DNA of 63,999 nt, counting the filler, from Asterionella formosa (lineage: Eukaryota): assembly GCA_002256025.1 (NCBI GenBank). It is 13 parts of 13 records of this genome, joined end to end, with 100 filler letters (N's around TTAATTAATTAA, not from the genome) between each part and the next. Parts side by side here need not be neighbours in the genome. Positions count along the whole stretch, not along the records: positions 59,521 to 60,954 come from NKIB01002458.1; positions 61,055 to 62,488 come from NKIB01002459.1; positions 62,589 to 63,999 come from NKIB01002546.1; 10 more parts are not named here. The stretch is one strand, 5' to 3'. Shown in pieces: positions 59,958-63,999 of the stretch. Each line of letters starts with the position of its first letter. The stretch's first letter is position 1. The translations under genes and the position numbers were made by a program. Below the pieces are notes generated by a model. That model made no database searches, was not told where the DNA came from, and saw only the letters and a program-made list of their open reading frames with translations.

Positions 59958-61055
59958 GTCGTATGGCTGATGGAGGACAAGGATGTTTCAGCATGTCTTT
60001 AGGAACCTTGGTACACATAAAACCAACAATGCCTGTTTGGTAGCAGTGGTTTTGAAATGGTTCATTAGTTTTCAGTATGGTTAATATCTAGAAGATTGTA
60101 AAGTTTCTAAATGTAAACCTGTGTGTCAGAATGTGTCTGTCAGGCTGTTGATGTTGACAGGTGTCCGAAGACTAGATGTAGTAGGAATTGGAATATACGG
60201 GTATGCTATCACAGCATCAGCAGTTGGTTGCGTTTTGTTAAATACAGGCAATGTCTTGTATTATGACAGAAAGTATTCAATTCCTGGTAAAGGGCGGGAG
60301 GAGTTCACTCACTACGAGCCATGATTGTATCCTTTGGTGTTGGTAGTAGCATATCAAACCTTCTTTTGGGAGGAAGACATACTTGCCACAAGGAATTACT
60401 TTTTGAAAGTCTGGCTGTGCCAGCCATAGAACAACAAATGACACTTGTGGTCGGATTTTTCAATTTCTTGTGATCAAGCACTGTTCAATCAATGCAAATG
60501 TTACATTTTCGAAGAGATTTTCGGCATTGAAGAAATGCAATCTCATTGAAACTTTTCTTCAAAAGAGTACCTTTCCCTTACTAATAGATACCCATCCCTC
60601 CAATGTGTTGCCAGAAATCATGAAAAAAATGGAATTAATGTTTCCCGAAACTCCAATTTTTCTGTACTAATTGATCTGATCTGGAAGTGTGGTGACCATA
60701 GTGTGTTGTGTGGTGTTCAGGTACATATTTCCAAACACCACAATGTACTGAAAAAGTTTGCAGAAATGTGTAAAAAGGCGAGATGGCTTGAAAAATTCAA
60801 AAAGATTTATTTGCTATATTCAAGTCCTGAACAATGTGCAGCTAATTCCGTTCAATGCCTTAGTATTCCTAAAACACAGGGACAACAAATCACAGTTGTT
60901 ACACTAGTATATCATGCAAAAGCAGTATACCCTGTCTCAGCCAAGTCTCTGCAANNNNNNNNNNNNNNNNNNNNNNNNNNNNNNNNNNNNNNNNNNNNTT
61001 AATTAATTAANNNNNNNNNNNNNNNNNNNNNNNNNNNNNNNNNNNNNNNNNNNNA

Positions 61056-61491
61056 CATACAGAATATTCTGGTGAATGTGATCATGTTGGTGGTGATCAT
61101 CAAGTTTGTATTTGGTTTTGGGAGGTTGTTGCTGAATTTGATCGCGAAACCAAGGCGCGATTGTTGCAATTTGTGACAGGGACCAGTGGTGTTCCAAGTC
61201 GAGGATTCGGAGGTTTGCAAGGAAATGATGGGAATATTCGGAAATTTACCATTCATGGAGTAGGAGTTGATGTCTGTCTTTATCCTCGAGCTCAGTAAGT
61301 CTCTCATGTATTGTTGTTGCACTTGCCTTGCTGAATGAGTGTACCTTTTGCTCACCTCTCTCTCCCCTTTCTACTGCTGTAGCACTAGTTTCAATCGAAT
61401 TGATTTACCAATGTATGAGACACGACAGGATTTGAAGGAGAAGTTGAAGTTGGCAGTCCCTATGGCTTCCACTGGGTTTGATATTGAATAG
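61056..61491 (+). pseudogene. Second near-identical HECT C-terminus (Cys to Ser); intron 61295-61382
   Basis: Contig 61055-62488 duplicates 59521-60954 with about 7 visible substitutions. Confidence 0.85.
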
Positions 61492-62588
61492 GTCGTATGG
61501 CTGATGGAGGACAAGGATGTTTCAGCATGTCTTTAGGAACCTTGGTACACATAAAACCAACAATGCCTGTTTGGTAGCAGTGGCTTTGAAATGGTTCATT
61601 AGTTTTCAGTATGGTTAATATCTAGAAGATTGTAAAGTTTCTAAATGTATACCTGTGTGTCAGAATGTGTCTGTCAGGCTGTTGATGTTGACAGGTGTCC
61701 GAAGACTAGATGTAGTAGGAATTGGAATATACGGGTATGCTATCACAGCATCAGCAGTTGGTTGCGTTTTGTTAAATACAGGCAATGTCTTGTATTATGA
61801 CAGAAAGTATTCAATTCCTGGTAAAGGGCGGGAGGAGTTCACTCACTACGAGCCATGATTGTATCCTTTGGTGTTGGTAGTAGCATATCAAACCTTCTTT
61901 TGGGAGGAAGACATACTTGCCACAAGGAATTACTTTTTGAAAGTCTGGCTGTGCCAGCCATAGAACAACAAATGACACTTGTGGTCGGATTTTTCAATTT
62001 CTTGTGATCAAGCACTGTTCAATCAATGCAAATGTTACATTTTCGAAGAGATTTTCGGCATTGAAGAAATGCAATCTCATTGAAACTTTTCTTCAAAAGA
62101 GTACCTTTCCCTTACTAATAGATACCCATCCCTCCAATGTGTTGCCAGAAATCATGAAAAAAATGGAATTAATGTTTCCCGAAACTCCAATTTTTCTGTA
62201 CTAATTGATCTGATCTGGAAGTGTGGTGACCATAGTGTGTTGTGTGGTGTTCAGGTACATATTTCCAAACACCACAATGTACTGAAAAAGTTTGCAGAAA
62301 TGTGTAAAAAGGCGAGATGGCTTGAAAAATTCAAAAAGATTTATTTGCTATATTCAAGTCCTGAACAATGTGCAGCTAATTCCGTTCAATGCCTTAGTAT
62401 TCCTAAAACACAGGGACAACAAATCACAGTTGTTACACTAGTATATCATGCAAAAGCAGTATACCCTGTCTCAGCCAAGTCTCTGCAANNNNNNNNNNNN
62501 NNNNNNNNNNNNNNNNNNNNNNNNNNNNNNNNTTAATTAATTAANNNNNNNNNNNNNNNNNNNNNNNNNNNNNNNNNNNNNNNNNNNN

Positions 62589-63999
62589 GTAGCAGGTAGT
62601 AAGTGATATACTGGGGGTAGTCGGAGTAGTAAACTAGCAACAGAACACCATATGTTCAGGACTGTTGCTACTGCAGTGGGACAGTAAATCATCATAGTTT
62701 TAGGATCGTATGATCGTAAAACTAAAAACCAATAGAACACGAAATGTCTATGACTGCTGCTATTGCAGCGGGACAGTAAATCATCATAATTTTAGGATCG
62801 TACGATCGTAAAGCTAAAAACCAATAGAACACCATATATTCAGGACTGTTGCTACTGCAGTGGGACAGTAAATCATCATAGTTTTAGGATCGTATGATCG
62901 TAAAACTAAAAACCAAAAGAACACCATATGTAGGACCAGGCTGACGAGTTACTACCGGTACCAGGTAGTACGTCTACATCTTTTGTCAGCACCTTTAAGT
63001 AGCACCTACGGTTATGGTGGTACTATGTTTTCCCTATTATTTTCTGTCGCAGCTCTGTAGAGGCTGCGATGTACGGTTATGGTGGTACTATGTTTTCCCT
63101 ATTATTTTCTGTCGCAGCCCTGTGGAGAGGCTGTGAAAGTCAAAGCGCTGGAATCTATTATACCGGAAAAATTTGGTACATCACCCATTATCGTGCATTG
63201 CAACGGCCCGCGACAGGGTGGCTGTGGTTATGGAGCAGGGGGTAGAACGCCACAACATGACGAAGTCCCAAGGATCATGAATGGGAAGAAAACTTTGCTG
63301 CATTCTGGTGGTACCATTGGACTTGGGAAACAGCGAGGAAGGTTGTATCCTGCCGTATCAAACGGTTTCGAATAAGAGGAGTTGGAACGAAGAGATGTGA
63401 CAAGAACTGACCTGACACTTCTGTCCGACTTGGTCGATGGATGTCTCCCGCCTATTTGTGACTTCCTGCGCAACAAAACTTGCCACAACGACGAATCAAA
63501 CGGTTTCGAATATGAGGAGTGGTTGGAACGAAGAGACTTGTCATACACATGACACTTCTGTCCGACGCGGTCGATGGAGCAAAAGAAACGACACCAGCGT
63601 CCGGTTATTTGCAAATGGCTGTACTTGATTAAAAACAAATAACCATTTTGTTAGTAACTATTTATGAGTAAATAAAAATTCTTACTTCCGTCTTTCCCCA
63701 TAGGAATCAAGCAAAAACGAAACTAGTCCTGATGAGGAATACTGTGTTGTCGATCCGGAAATTGGGGAACTCATTCGTCTCACCGTAGCCGAAAAGGAGT
63801 GTATCTTTCTGGATGCGCTTCAGTCCTACGATGCCACTGGAATGCAAATGCTCAAGGATGACGAGTTTGACCTATTGAAGGAAGATTTGCAATGGAACGG
63901 ATCTGAGCATATATATAGCTAAAACAAGGAAAGACGACACAACAATGAACGTGATGGCTGGTTGTTGAGGATACCGGTATGTGATATGCATCAATCCAT
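62589..63999 (+). mobile_element. Mosaic gene-fragment-carrying repeat, copy D
   Basis: Contains the 92-bp tandem, a duplicated acceptor-like segment (63007-63066 / 63073-63133), gene-like pieces and the fullest PGRL1 fragment. Confidence 0.85.
63704..63907 (+). pseudogene. PGRL1: Captured PGRL1-like exon fragment preceded by an intron acceptor
   Basis: ttccccatag|ESSKNETSPDEEYCVVDPEIGELIRLTVAEKECIFLDALQSYDATGMQMLKDDEFDLLKEDLQWNGSE. This matches the PGRL1 pattern YC...E.E..FL.ALQS.Y..G......EFD.LKE.L.W.GS. Confidence 0.85.

Overview
Eukaryotic, diatom-like genomic DNA, judged from short GT-AG introns, bipartite plastid presequences, HA-domain proteins and diatom-type Copia/Gypsy/Harbinger elements. 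The window is 13 contigs joined by an artificial 100-nt linker (N44-TTAATTAATTAA-N44), so adjacency across linkers is not biological. Contig 1 (1-23528) has a Copia remnant, a plastid-type class-3 lipase, a MULE-like insert, a ~210-nt fold-back, a piggyBac-like fossil and a ~4221-aa cytoplasmic dynein heavy chain lacking the C-terminal cap. Contig 3 (25166-48674) has a Copia remnant, PFDN4, an HA-repeat protein, a decayed autonomous PIF/Harbinger and an intact deletion derivative, a TFIIB-like gene, SF3B4, a 2OG-Fe(II) oxygenase, BUD13 and a GH36 alpha-galactosidase. The ~1.4-kb contigs hold a LINE RT, TAF1 and HECT fragments, a Gypsy gag and several copies of a mosaic repeat. Highlights: (1) this repeat carries a captured PGRL1 exon with its intron acceptor, plus possible other gene pieces; (2) clustered TA-CCGG-TA / TA-CCWGG-TA motifs near gene 5' ends look like piled-up Tc1/mariner excision footprints, with one filled/empty site pair in the window; (3) a HECT domain has Ser in place of the catalytic Cys; (4) there are unexplained structured non-coding segments. 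All family assignments are by-eye motif recognition; no searches were run.
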